Shown here: positions 26,539 to 40,354 of the stretch, piece after piece | How positions within the stretch are numbered: the first letter of the stretch is position 1 | Layout: each line of letters opens with the position of its first letter | DNA from: Chiloscyllium plagiosum | Taxonomy: Eukaryota | Reading direction: 5' to 3' | Assembly: GCF_004010195.1 (NCBI RefSeq) | Contig: NC_057719.1 | Location: 33,154,713-33,218,712, forward strand | Length of the DNA: 64,000 nucleotides | Position numbers and translations under genes: made by a program | Notes under the pieces: generated by a model | Told to the model about the DNA's origin: nothing | Database searches by the model: none | The model's input: only the letters and a program-made list of their open reading frames with translations

Positions 26539-27748
26539 CTGTAATTCCAATATAATAGCACATAAAGATGATCAGGTCAGTAACTGGTGAGCACCGACTA
26601 ACTCAAATTTGCTAAATTTCAGTTCTCCCTGCGGACTTACTCAACTCTTACTCAGTCTCCTATCCCTTGCCCTGGTTCAATTGTCACTTCCACCCTTTCC
26701 AATCTGACGGTTGCTGACTTATGCCCATCTGTGTTTAACAGCCCAGCTCTGGCTGGACCACGTTAAACAGTACCATGGTACTCTCCCTGTGATCAACTAT
26801 AGTTCAAATCCTGACTTACACTGCAAGATAAATACCAATTACTGCTTTTAGTCTTACTCCCAGCGCAACATTGCTTTGCCACTCTCTAATGCTGCACTAC
26901 ACATGTGCTATAATTTATTGTTTAAATGTCCAGTGCCAAGCCCTATTCTCCCAATACTTCTGCTCTCGGAATTTGTAAGTTATCACAATGAATCACTCAA
27001 AACCCCTTGACCCCATACACTGAATTCAAAATGTTAGCCCTCATTTATAAATTCCTCAATGCCATATTCTTTCTGCAACCCCCTTCAATTTGGGCATGTC
27101 AGTGAGCTTGGCTTGGCTGAAAATCTCTTATCCTCCTTCCTCTCCAACAGTGTCAGGGCTTTTCATTCCCTGGGTGCTAAACTCTGAACCTCTTCTCGTG
27201 ATCGATCCATCCACTTTGGTGCGGTTTACTAACTCCACTCAAAACTGTCTCAAATGAGTATGATACTTACCAATTGAACCATTGCTGAGTTCACAGAATT
27301 ATAGAAATGCCCAGAATAGAAGGAGCCCTGATGGCTAGCTCTATAAACAGCAGTCATGTTAAAGCCCATGTACCTCTTCCTTTAGCTGTAACCCTTAAGT
27401 TCTCCATCTTCAAGAACCTGTCCAACACTCCTTTAAAATTTTATTTTGGGATTAGCTTTCATCACTCTGATCAGGAGGAAACAGTTTAGTTCTTTGAGCC
27501 TGCTTTGCCATTTGAGTAAACGTGGCTAAATTCATCCCAGTCTTGACACTCCTTTGCTGCCCACTCTAAGTAATCCTTCAACACACTACTAACTAAAAAC
27601 CTGTCTAACCCCTCCTTAAATTTACTCAATGCAGTAGTATCCACCACACTCTTGGACAGTGAATTCCACAGATTCACAAACCTTTGAGAGATTTTTGCTC
27701 ATCTCTGTTTTTAATTCTGTTACCCCTTATCCTAAAATTATGACCTCT

Positions 27749-28477
27749 TGTGGCAATGTAAACTTCGGGGATTGAAAGAATTAGCAATAACTCTGCCTGG
27801 AATAAATTGTTTCCCAAGATGAAAAGGACAAGGAAAAGTTGTTATAAAGGAATTAAAAGCAATATGCTAATTAACCATGTCGGGAAAGAAGTCAAAGCAA
27901 CGTAAACAGTGGGAGGGAGGAGATAATAGTTGTTTGATAACCTGCTGCCTTATGATGGCAGGGCAATTAAAACAGGCTGCAAGAGGACTGTCCTGAAGTA
28001 AAGGGGTTAATTTCAAGATAGGCTGTTTCAAACAGATAACTCGCACTGAATGTAAGAAGGAACAGGGGAGCTGCTTCTGATAATAAGGCAAGCTAAGAAC
28101 TCCAGATGTGTAATCAATGTTGGGGATAAAAAATTTTGAGGATCATCAATATATCACACCACAAACTTGAAAGAGAAAAAAATGTGAAAAAAACAATTCT
28201 ATAGCTTTCCTTTAGCAGAACTTTGAAGAATAACAACTCACGGGGATCAAACCTTGGACACTTGCAGTAAAAGACACTTCTTTTGGAATCATAGATAAAT
28301 TCCACCATTAATCAGACAATAGGCAATTTGGTTCGGAGGCTTAACTTGCTTACTTGAGTCTTATTTTGGTTGCTCTCTGCAATAAAGTTTAAAATTAATA
28401 TTTTGGTATTGATTGTTTGTGAGATTTCTTAATAAGTAGCCAGATTAAAGCTACCTTGTGGTGATTTAAGCACAACA
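27749..28477 (+). mobile_element. Solo LTR (729 bp)
   Basis: Begins TGTGGCA and ends CACAACA; 4-bp TSD CTCT at 27745-27748 and 28478-28481; host CR1 sequence rejoins across it; AATAAA at 28381. Confidence 0.75.
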
Positions 28478-29796
28478 CTCTTATTCTAGATTATCTGGCA
28501 TGAGAAAACATCCATTTGACAGTTACTTTCTCAATGTCCTTTTGCATCTTATATATCTCAATTAAGTCTCCTCCCATTCTTCCAAACTCCAGCAAGTATG
28601 GGCCTAAACTGTTCAATCTCTCTTCATAAGACAAACCCCTCATTTCTGGAATGAATCTAGTGAACTGTCTCTGAACTGCCAGCAATACAATTACATCCCT
28701 CCTCAAGTAAGGGGACCAGAATTATGTCCAATCATCAGGATGTGGACAGTCTAGTACAGTTGCAGTAACACTTCCCTACTTTTATACTCTACTCTTTTAG
28801 CAATAAATGGCAAAATTCCACTTGCCTTCCTTATTACCTGCTGTACTGCATACTAGGTTTTTTGTGATTCATGCACAAGGACACCCAGATTCATCTGCAG
28901 CAAAGCACTCTGAACTTTCTCCCCATTTTGATAATGAGTTATCTTTCTATTAACTCAGCTAGAATGGACAACTTCACACTTATGTGTTAAATTTCATCTG
29001 TATAATTTTGGCCCATTCACCTGACCCATCCAGATTCATTTTTAAATTCCTTATTTCTTCATTGCAACTCACCATACCAACTATTTCAGTGCTATCTGCA
29101 AATTTGGTTATGGTACTTTCTATTCCCACATCCAAGCCATTAATATAGATTGTAAATAGTTGGGGGCTGAGGACCAAACCCTGCGGACACCCTCTAGTTA
29201 TGTTTTGCGAACCAGAAAAAAAAGATTGATTTATCATGACTTTCTGCTTTCTGTTGATTAGCCAATCCTCTACCAAGCTAATGAATTAACCCTAACCCTA
29301 CGTGATCTTACTTTGTGTATTAACCTTTTATGCGGCACCTTATGAAATGCCTTCATAAATTTAGATATACAACATCCACAAGATCCCTGTTATACATATT
29401 GCTTGTTACATCTTCATAAAACTATGCTTACTCTGATGGATTGTATTTTGTGTTTCCAAATATCTTGTTATTATTTCCTTAATAATGGATTCTAAAATTA
29501 CCCAACAACACATGTTTAACTAACTGGTCTGTAGCTTTCTTCTTTCCATATCCCTCCCTTTTAATGTTATGTTTGCATTCTTCCAATCCACTGGAACCTT
29601 TCTCACATCCAGGAAATTTTAGAATATTGTAACCAATTGATCTATTGTTTCTGCTTCTATTCCCATTAATACCGCAATAAATTGGCCATCATTTCCTGGG
29701 GATAAGTCTACCTTCAATCCTAATAGGTTGATCATTACTTCTTCCCAAGTGATGCTGCTTGTTCTAAGTTCCTCCCTTTCTATAACATCTGCATCA

Positions 29797-30010
29797 CATA
29801 GAGTCATAGAGTCATAGAGATGCAGAGCATGGAAACAGACACTTCGGTCCAAGCCGTCCATGCCGACCAGGTATCCCAGCGCAATCTAGTCCCACCTGCC
29901 TGCGTCCAGCCCATATCCCTCCAAACCATTCCTATTCATATACCCATCCAAATGCCTCTTAAATGTTGCAATTGTACCAGCCTCCACCACTTCCTCTAGC
30001 AGCTCATTCA
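29797..30010 (-). mobile_element. Short CR1 (HER1-like) 3' end with (CTATGACT)n tail
   Basis: catagagtcatagagtcataga tail; homologous to 21388-21590. Confidence 0.85.
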
Positions 30011-32752
30011 ATTACTTGTTAGCTTTTAACTGTATTACCATCCCAAAAGTAAGTTATAAAAAATTGAAACAAAATACTGGTTTGTTGAGTCCGCCTTTTT
30101 TGCCTTCCCCATTATTAACTTCCTTGTCTCATCCTCCAAGGGACCAGCATTCACTTTAACTACTCTGTTTCCTTTTATATACATATAGAAGCTGTTGATA
30201 TCAGTTTTTATACATGCATGAGTTTTCTTCCATAATTTACCTTTGCTTTCTTTAAAAAAGATTTAGACACTCTTTGATGATCTTTAAAAGTTTCTCAAAC
30301 TTCCACTGGCCTTTGCAATATAATATGCATTAAATTTTGTTTTTATAGTATCTTTAACTTCCTTGCTTAACCATTAATATTTGTCCCCCTTTCTGGATTA
30401 TGTTTTAGCTGGGAGCAGTTGAGTATCTCTGTAAATATCTGCCACTGCTCATCAACTATCCTATCTTTTAGTCTTTGTGTTCAGTCCAGTAGGGCCAGAT
30501 TAAACTCATACATATGTAATTAGGTTTGCCCAATTCCTGAACTCTGTGGGACTCCAGTTTCTTGTCCTCCAATTGATTTTAGAATTCTGCATGCTGTGAT
30601 CACTCTTCCCTCGAGGATTCTTTCTTATGAGGTCATTAATATGACCAAGCCCACAGTGAAAATCAAGCAACCTCAAAGCAACAGTTGAACAACCACACTG
30701 TGACTAAGAATCATCTAAGTAACATGCTATTAACTTTACATTCACAGTCTACATCCTCAGTGACTGTCTAACTTCAATGAGAGTGCACAACTTTACAGTG
30801 ACAGCCTATTAAACTGTGGCAAGAATTTGCTAATGAAGCATAGTGGAGCCAAGGGTAAACATTGAGCAAGATATACGTCTGTGCTTTTTGAAGCTACCTC
30901 CTCACATCAAGAGAAATGCTGCAATAAATTTCAAATATTTTTTGATAACAATTTTAAAAATGTTGTTGGGCATCCATGGAATTTTATAACATTTGAGGGG
31001 GAAATCTCAGAAGCCTAAAGATTGAGGACCCATTGAAAGATCGGACCATTCTCAATATGGAAGTGACAGGAAGGACACATAGCACGTGCTGTAGCTTGGT
31101 CGGTTCATCGTTGAAATATTCAGATATTCTCTTTAAATGTTAATTGCCCCTAACAGGATCATTAACAGTATTAAGTCTCACTAATGCTCAAATATTATTA
31201 ACTGTTATCAGTATGGAGTCACTTTTGAGCAATTAAATGCAATGCCCAAAGGAGACCATAAATGTATCAAATAGGTGAATTATCAACTTTCAGTAATGTT
31301 AATCTTTAGTAGGTCTTTTCTATCCCACAGATATCATCTGACATTCTGAAATTAAAGCAGTTATAAACTTTATTATGCTAAACATCTAAGTTAAAGCTTT
31401 TCAATAGAAGACAATATACCTGAATTCAATATGTGAGAACATCTCAGTTGTACCCAGGTATCAGTATTTCTCAAGTAATGAAATAAATTGGTCTCTGATT
31501 ACATTATCAAATGAAACACACACAGAACCTGGCCTGATTACAATAATTAAAACCAATGAATAGAAGCATTGGTGTCACTTTCACACATGAAAACATTAGT
31601 TAGGATCTCTCAAATAAGTTTCCTAATGTTTTAATTCTCTCTGTAAACAGTACATCTTTTTTCCCATTATTGACATAATAAATAACTGTTTTATGCTACA
31701 ACATGGTTGAGTCCAGACAATATCAGCGAACACAATAACTATTTGTGTTGTGTTACTGGTATAACTATACACAACAAAGTATTTCGTAAAATGTACATTC
31801 TACATTTTTATCTGGTGTCTGAGTTGTGTTTCACCTAGAGTAGGAGACATTTTGGCAAACAATGTAATGTGCACAAATTACTTAACTTCTGCATTGCTGA
31901 AAAAAGACACAGTTTGTCGAAGGGGAACAGTCCACTTGCAACTAACCAGTACTCCCCTCTCATACAGTATTTTCCCCTTTATTGTCTTTCCCTTTCTTGT
32001 AAATTGTCCTGATGAGTAAAGATTAAAAAAAAACTTTGACAAAGGACCTTTTTTTTCAGCGATACTCAAATTCTGCACTACAAAACATATGTACTTTATT
32101 CTTTGTTTCTATGTATTTTTATCATGAGATGTGGTGCTACTCAAAATAACATCTGTATATCCTACAATACAACATATTTCTATTTATCCATTCTAATATT
32201 TCTAACTTAAAACACACTATTGCATCTATTTCTTCAGTATTTTTTAATTAAAATACTTCATTGGAATATTCTGGACAATTATGGCTCCACAAAGTTGTAT
32301 TATGTTGCATTTTCTCTTTAAATTTGGATAATGATATTAAGGGGTATGATAATTCCTTCACTAATATTAAGAGATCATTTACTAAGGTCCTGGATTAGCC
32401 ATTTGTACTCAAACAAAGGACTCATAGTTCAAATGGTAGTTTAAGTTAGAATTTGGATTTAAATCAAATCAAGTTTAAATCCAAAATTTGCTTCACTCAT
32501 CACCGCAATTACAGAGAAAATTATTTGGTAAAAAAGTAAATACCATTTGGACATGGTTGACAAGGACTGGCAGAAGGTCAATTAGGAGTTTTCCAAAATT
32601 CATGTAAAGAAATATTCATACATAAGAATATGAGACTGTGCATTTCTATCATTCAATAAACTACGCAGGATAATTGAGCACCGAACATGAGGGCCACAAA
32701 TGCTTTGGAATATTATTATGCACAAGATCTCATCCAGCACTATTCTTATCTG

Positions 32753-33706
32753 TGTTGTGACACCCTGGGATATTGTGCCTTAAATTGAGCTCTGCTATTC
32801 CTACAGACATACCAAATATGCAAGTTCTTTTTCTAAGGACCTCCATTTATTTGACTTTCAGATAGAAAGTTGATAGAAATTGTGGACCAGGTTTCCATAT
32901 TGAACAGGAATTATGTTGTTTTACAAGTAATTACTCTACAGGTAAACAGATATAAACCATTGGTATGTAACACGACTGACTAAATCTGCAATCACTTGAT
33001 TAACTCCCCTTACACATTAACACACAAACTGACAAATAAGGAAAATAAATTATTGGCAAAGGTAAAACAAATTGATAGACCATTCAATGCTCTTTGCTTC
33101 CAGATTCCAGTGTTGAGATGATCCTTTGTTGCTGGCCAGACCTGTTGTTCAGACGTCTTTCTCTGGAAGCTTCTACTGGTTTGTAATTAGTACAGACTGA
33201 TTGATTCACTTTGAAATCACAATTCAAAAGGCAGTTTACAGCACCTCTTGAACTTAATGTAACTGGTTTTTTGCAGGTTTAAATTTGAGTTTTGACCGCA
33301 GAGAACAGGAAGGTTCTGGGCTGGGAGAAGATCTGTAAACTTTGTAAATGCTCTCTCTCTCTGTCTCTGTTTCTCTGTAACTTGTTTCCAGCTTCAGGCT
33401 GCTCAACCACCCAAGAACAAATCACACTGTTTTTGGCAAGCAAAAGGTCATTGATAACTGCCATTAGTCCAAAGTCCAGTCAACTTCTTGTTACTACCAA
33501 GAGCTGCATTAGTACACACCCATGCTCCAGATTTCCTGCAGTCTGAACTTCAATTTCTGCTTGATCAAACAATTGTTTCCAGCCTCTGCAAAGGTTTCAG
33601 ATGACTTGCTTTCAAAACTCCAGACAATCTTTCAAATGATGTTCTTTCATAAACAATTTTTTTTTTGCCATTTCAGTTTCCAGTTTGCAGAAACACAAAA
33701 ATAACA
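32753..33706. mobile_element. Possible old solo LTR
   Basis: TGTTGT...ATAACA termini and LTR-like composition; no TSD found. Confidence 0.3.
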
Positions 33707-34224
33707 AGACACAGTCCTGACACTTGGATCTATATCACTGCTCCTTCACTGTCACTGAATCAAAATCCAAGTATTTCCTCCTGCACAGCATTTTGCATGC
33801 TCCTCCGCTTCAAGGACTACAATGTTTCAAAAAGAAAGCCACTATCACCTTTCAAGGGCAGTCAGGGTCAGGCAGTATATGCTGCTTATGCAATGTTGCC
33901 AAATTAACATGAATTAATTTTTTTTAAAAACTCATGGTATCGATGCACTGGTGTTTAACCTCATCTTGGACAGCAGTATAAATGGGCAGAGGAGAAACAT
34001 GATTTGATTTCCCTTCCCATTTACCAGCTCACTGAGAGAGAATGAGTGTGAACTGTCCTGTGCTACTTATTGATGCAGCTGCTTCTAAATAAAGGTGCTT
34101 TCATAAGTCTTCAGGTTTGGGATGTTTCCATTTAGAAAATATTACCTAGAATTACACATTTATTAAGTTACATGGTTATGGCTTCATGTGGACTTTCTTG
34201 AATGATTGTACCACTCTATGACTC

Positions 34225-34433
34225 ACAGAGTCATAGAGTGGTACAGCACAGGAACAGACCCTTCAGTATAACTCTTCCATGCCAACCAGATATCCTAATT
34301 TAATCTAATCCCATTTGTCAGCATTTGGCCCATATCCCTCTAAACCCTTCCGACTCATATACACAACCAGGTGCCTTTTAAATATTTGCAATTGTACCAG
34401 CCTCCATCGCTTCTCTGGCAGCTCATTCCATAC
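34225..34433 (-). mobile_element. Short CR1 (HER1-like) 3' end
   Basis: Homologous to 29797-30010. Confidence 0.8.
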
Positions 34434-34792
34434 CTTAAATTCCATTCTCTGACATGGACATTACAGTGCAAATCAGGTGAATGAGGCTGACAGTAAAACA
34501 TGCAATCTTGTGACCCAAATGTTATCTTCTCAACATTCCAGTGGCAATAATTTTCACATTGTCAGCATTCCTTAAATTAATTAAAAATAAATAAATTCCT
34601 ATCTTTAATTAAAATTGTTAGTTGCTATCTTTTAGTTTTGCTTACTATTTTTAGGACTTATCCAAAATTGCAAACACTCTCTTGATATTATTCTTTTTTT
34701 TTGTTTACACATGTAAACCAGTGCCTCTGCTTTGTCCTTGCTAGTTTCCTGTTTGTTTTAAGTGAGAAATTAAACATGAACCTCAGATAAAT

Positions 34793-35451
34793 GGTTATGG
34801 ATCATTGGGGAACATGATGTCACTTTAAAAGGTTATTTTGTCCTCATTTATTTTAAAAGGGGTTGTAAAGGCAGAGGCACAGAGCAGTCTACCAGAACCA
34901 CTCGATTAAACAACTTGTGAATCCTTGGTTTTTTTTTTAAAAACAGCCTTAATGGGTGTGGCCAGTTTTTACAGACCAGACTTTCTAGTTTTTTTTTAGC
35001 TTTAGAATCAGAAGCTGTTTGGGGTCCCAAATATATTGGAAGCTTCAGCAAATGATTCCTACCTACTACTTTGTCTGAAATTTCTCTTGATATTTTCTCC
35101 CTCCTGGGTTGGAGAGCTGCATGTAACAGTCTGTGTCTGAATTTGCCTTTTTTTTGCCCAGGCGTGTGTTTATGAAATGTCACTATATTGGATCAGTTAA
35201 TTGGTCATGGTATTGTATCTATGGTTTGGTTAAGTTTTCCAAAAGTTAAGTTATTCTAAATTCCTCTGCCTTTTCTTTGTATTTTGACTCTAGTGTTTAA
35301 AGAAGCTGTTATTTGCTTAATGTCAGGTAGTGTGACCAGTCACACTGCATCAGGTACACGACACTTCCCATCTACTTTTAAAATTAGAACAAGTTTGGAT
35401 GTAGGTTACCTTCTTAAAATATTTTGAGGAGGTCTGCTCTGGACCAGAACA
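34793..35451 (+). repeat. 5' LTR
   Basis: Aligns with 40355-40987 (tgtcactttaaaaggttattttgtcc ... aaaatatttt.agg.ggtctg.tctgg); ends AACA immediately before the PBS. Start position approximate. Confidence 0.85.
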
Positions 35452-35454
35452 AAC

Positions 35455-35472
35455 TGGGCGTTCATCTGGGAT
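35455..35472 (+). promoter_or_regulatory. Primer-binding site, tRNA-Pro type
   Basis: tgggcgttcatctgggat versus canonical TGGGGGCTCGTCCGGGAT (14/18), after a 3-nt spacer from the LTR end. Confidence 0.75.
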
Positions 35473-35583
35473 TGAAATCTATAATTCCAAATTGGACTCA
35501 AAGGCAGTGAGTGGTAGATGTTGGTATCTTTTGTTTCGGGTATTGAATTTGGTTGTTTTAAACGGGGTGCCCCTAATTTAGTG

Positions 35584-38500
35584 ATGGCTCTTTCGGTCAC
35601 TAAGCGTTTTCTGGGGCTAGAAGAAGTGACTTCAGGAGGTTTACAAACTGTAAGCATAGCAAAGTTGCTGGAATTGGTAGACAAGCTGGAGTTAGGGTTG
35701 GCTGGGTTTGTGAGGAAAGGGGAGTTAATTGCAACAATTGCTCAACCTTTATAATTGCCAGAAATGCCATCAGAATCTTTGGGGCTGGCTAGAATTCAAC
35801 TGCAAATGAAGCAGCTTGAATTAAAGGCAAAAATTAAGGAAAGAATAGCCCTGGCAGAACAAAAAGATAGGGTAAAAGAAATGAAATAGTTTGAATTACA
35901 ATTAAAAGCAGAGGAAAAAGAAAAGGAGAGGAAGGCGCAAGCAGAAGAAAGAGAGAAAATTTGAACTTCAGAAGTTAGTAATTAGAGAGGAAGTGAAGGT
36001 AGAAAGTAGGTTTAGTGAGGAAGATAGTGATGATGAGCAAACCCATCATAGCCAAAAGGCTGGTAGGGATCTGTTTAAATATGTTCAAGCATCTCTTAAA
36101 TTCGACGAGAAGGATGTGGAAGTCTTCATTTCATTTGAGAAAGTGGCTAAACAAATGAAGTGGCCAGTGACCATGTGGGCTTTGTTGATCCAAACAAAGT
36201 TAGCGGGTAGAGCTAGTAAGGTATTTGCATTACTATCAGAAGACGTATGTCGTGAGTTTGAGGAGGTGAAGAAAGCCATTTTACATACGTATTAGCTTGT
36301 GCCAGAAGCCTACAGAAAACGTTTTAGGAATCTAAGGAGGGACCTTGGTCAAAAGTGCATTGAGTTTGAAAGGATCAAACAAATTAATTTTTGTAGGTGG
36401 ATAAGGGTATTGAAAATAGATCAAACATATGATCCTGTTGTAGAGATTATTATTATGGAGGAGGTTAAAAATTCACTTCTTGGAGTAGTGTGAACTTATG
36501 TGGAAGAGCAGAGAGTTCAAACAACAAGATTAGCAGCTGAAATGGCTGAGCATTAGGGATTAGCTCATAAATCAAAGTTTGGTTTCCAACATCAATTTCA
36601 ATCCGTGAGGGATAGAAACTGGCGAAAAGAGAAATCTTTAGGTGATAAGGGAAAAGGAGATCTCATTGAAGATAATAAAGATAGTTTACCACAGGGTAAA
36701 ATAGGAAACTCATGAAAGGGAAAGAGAATTTAAAAAGTTCGGGTAGAAAGTCAGCAACATGAAGTTGGTGGTTTAGAAAACGCACTAGGATGGCCGGTGT
36801 GGGGTATCAGGAGAAGCCGATGAATTTTGTTGAAACAGTAAAGGATAGTACAATGGAAATTAAAAAGCTGCACCAGAATTTACAACCTGGTTAGGGATTG
36901 ATTGAAAAGGAAGTGTCAGATCTTCTTAAACCATTTACTTGTGAGGGTAAGATTTATTGGCATATGACAGGAGAAGCAGTTAAAGAAATTACAATTTTAA
37001 GAGATATAGGTGTATGTCAATCTTTCATGTTGAGAGATAAGGAGATATGTAATTCAGCAGGGCTATTGCCAGAAAAAAAGTGATAAGATGCAGAATTCAT
37101 GGTGAGGGAGGTTGGAGTGTCTGATGAAATGTGGAGAAGTGTTGATAGGAGTATTGGAGAAACTCTCAACTCCAGGAATACAATTTGTCCTTGGTAACGA
37201 TATAGCTGGCTCACAGGGAGGAGTGCTGCCTTACTGTGGTTCAGAAGCCAGTGGAAAATCAGGTAACTGAGACATTTCAGGTAGTATATCCTGGGATTTT
37301 TCCTGACTGTGTGATGACAAGGTCACAAAGCCACAGGTAGAAACAAAGGAGAAACCAAAGAATAAGGATAAGGAAGTTGAAATGCAGTTGTCAGAGACCA
37401 CATTTGATCAAATTGTTGAGAAAAATCAAAAACAAGTGGAGGACAAAGTGGAAAGCTTTGATTCAGAGAAATTAACTGACTTACAACAGAAAGATGAAAA
37501 ATTGAAGCAATTGTATCAAAAAGCGTACACTGAAGGAGAATCTCAGTGTATCTGAGAATGATGTTAATATCTTAAAAATGATCTCTTGATGAGGAAATAG
37601 AGACCATCACATATTCAGGTGGCTGAGAAATGGATAGTAGTTCATCAAGTTGTATTACCAGTGGGTTATAGAAAGGCGATGTTGCAGATAACATATGAAT
37701 TACCAATTCAAAGTCATTGGGAGTAAGGAGGACTCCAGCCAAAATACAAAAGCATTTTACAAGCCCGGACTGCACAAGAATGTAACAGAATTTTGCCAGA
37801 CATGTCACAGTGTCAAGTAATTGGAAAAACTCAGGCAGTGATAAAACCAGCACATTTAATACCCATTCCCACATTTGATGAACCTTTTACAAGCATCTTA
37901 ATTGATTGTGTAGGACCCCTACCTAAAACAAAAAATGTGAATCGGTATTTGTTGACCATAATGGATGTGTCCACTAGAGGCCATTCCTTTACACAATATC
38001 ACAGCTAAAAGGATTGCATTAGATATGGACTACCCACAGAAATACAATCACATAAAGAGTCAAATTTTACATCAAAATTATTCAAGTACGTTATGGATAA
38101 CTTAGGAATAAAACATTTCAAATCCACTGCATACCCTCCAGAATCATAGGGATAACTAGAATGGTAGTATAAACTTTAAATACCATGTTGAGAGCTTATA
38201 GTCAAGACAATCTGTAGGATTGGGATGAAGGAATTATATTTGTACTTTTTTGCAATTAGGAATGCAACAAATGAATTTATCAAATTCAGTCAATTTAAAT
38301 TTGATTTTGGGCAGAAGGTGAGGGGGCCACTGAAATTAATTAAGGAGAAATTGGTGAATCAGAGTTCAGAGACCACATATTTGGACTGTGTCAAATTCCA
38401 GAGAAAGATTAAATGGAATGTGTGAGTTGGCATTTCAAAGTAGCACAGCATATGATGAAACAAGAAGCAGACAAGAAATCAAACATTCACAATTTTTCCA

Positions 38501-40176
38501 GTGGAGATAAAGTTTTAGTGTTACTTTCAATGATAGGTAATCCTCTAAAGACAAGGTTTATCAAATCAAAAGAAGATTGAGTGAATTATTTGACAAGAAC
38601 ACCAGACTGAAAAAACTATCACAGAGTGTGTCATGTGAATATGTTCAAAAGACATTTTTATAGAGGTAGGAAGCAAAAGGAGAATGTGTTACTGGTTCCA
38701 ACACAATGTGAAGTACCAGGTTCAGAGGATTCTGAATTGGACATTACTCAAACTAAATTGGACAAGAAGGAAGTTCTAAAAGTAAGGGATAAATAATTAA
38801 ATTACCTTCCAGAGGAAAATCAAAATTACCTGAAAGAGGTCTTACTATTGCATGGGGAGATACATTGGAATAAGATGGGAAGTACTAACTTAAATATGCA
38901 TGATGTAGATAGAGGAAATGATGTTCCAATCAAGCAACACCTTTATCAACCTAACCCTCTAAAGTTGGCACAGGTTCAAAAGAAATTGAACCCTTGCTAA
39001 AAGACAACATAATCACAGTGAGTTGCAGCAACTGGAGCTAACTCATAGTAATGGTTGCAAAACCAGACGGTAGCCAAATATTATGTGTCGACTATTGCAA
39101 AGGCAATGTAGTTACAAAATCTGATTCATGTCTCACTCCATGTTTGGAAGACTGCATTGAGAAGGTGGGACAAGCAAATTGCCTTTCACAGTTGGACTTA
39201 CTCAGAGGAAACTGGCAGATACCTTTATCCAAAAGGGCAAAGACAATTTCGGCTTTTGTGACACCTAATGGTCTGTACCAATTTAAAGTCATGCCATTTG
39301 GTATGAACAATGCGCCAGCCGCATTTCAAAAATTAACCAATAAAGTAATTTCTGGATTAACCAATTGCGTGGTGTACATTGATGACTTAATAATTTTTAG
39401 TCATATATGGAAGGAACATTTGCAGCATTTTTGGAATTGTTTGACCAACTTCAGGAGGCAGGCTTGATGATAAACCTGGCTAAGAGTAAATTCGCAAAAG
39501 CCCATGTTACGTTTCTAGGCCATGTTATTGGATATGGACAGATGGCTCCATGGAATATGAAAACAAAGGTTATTGGGATGTTTCCCTTACCATCGACAAA
39601 GAGGGCAGTACTATGATTCCTGGGATTAAATAGGTTTTATCGGAAGTACATCCTGAATTTTAGCAGTGTGATTGCTCCACTGACTGACTTACTGAAGAAG
39701 TGCAGAAAATTTCAGTGGATGGTAGACTGTCAGAAGGTATTTGATACCCTGAAAGCTGTGTTAACCACTGCCCCGGTATTAGCCACACCTAATTACGCAA
39801 CGCTATTCAAGGTGGCTATCGATGCGAGTGATGTGGGTGTCGGTGCTGCATTCTTACAAGATGACGATGAAAGGTTGGAGGATGTATTTGGTATTTTTCC
39901 AGAAAATTGAATACTCATCAACAGAAATATTGCACGATTGAGAAAAGAAACCTGAGCTTTGTGTTGCCATTAGAACATTTCAACATTTATCTTGCCAGTA
40001 ATGTGTCTGAGGTAACTGTATAAACTGATCATAACCCATTAAATTTTTTGGAGAAATTTAACAACAAAAATTCCATACTGTTTAGATGGAACTTATTACT
40101 GTTGTCATTAAATTTGAAAAGTATACACACAGAAGGATGAGAAAACATAATTGCCAATGCCTTGTCACGACTTTGA
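35584..40176 (+). pseudogene. gag-pol remnant of the Gmr1-like element
   Basis: Gag FDEKDVE.FISFEKVA...W and PEAYRKRFR (SCAN-like); protease ILRDIG near 36994; integrase CQVIGK, IDCVGPLPK, VRGPL (about 37700-38340); RT LDLLRG.WQ, MPFGM.NAP, YIDD (39051-39467); RNase H IDASDVGVG; ends NALSRL* at 40176. Confidence 0.9.
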
Positions 40177-40354
40177 TGAAGAAAGATGGAGGAGTTCAGT
40201 GGCGGGAGGAAATGGACTGAAATAGAATATCATTGTGAATGTTTTCATGCTTAGAATCAATGCAACGTATATGTATTGTAGTGTACTAATAGAGTAAGAC
40301 TAAGGGCTTTAAAGTGAGGCCATCTTTGTATGTTGATTGGTCATTTTTTCAAGG

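Larger units (their letters stand above)
27490..30640 (-). mobile_element. Old CR1 ORF2 remnant, interrupted by a solo LTR and a CR1 3' fragment
   Basis: Minus ORFs 27486-27677 (NLWNSL), 28491-28706 (VQRQFTR), 28980-29276 (PQGLVL, KFAD), 29619-29861 (SPG.DG). Confidence 0.8.
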
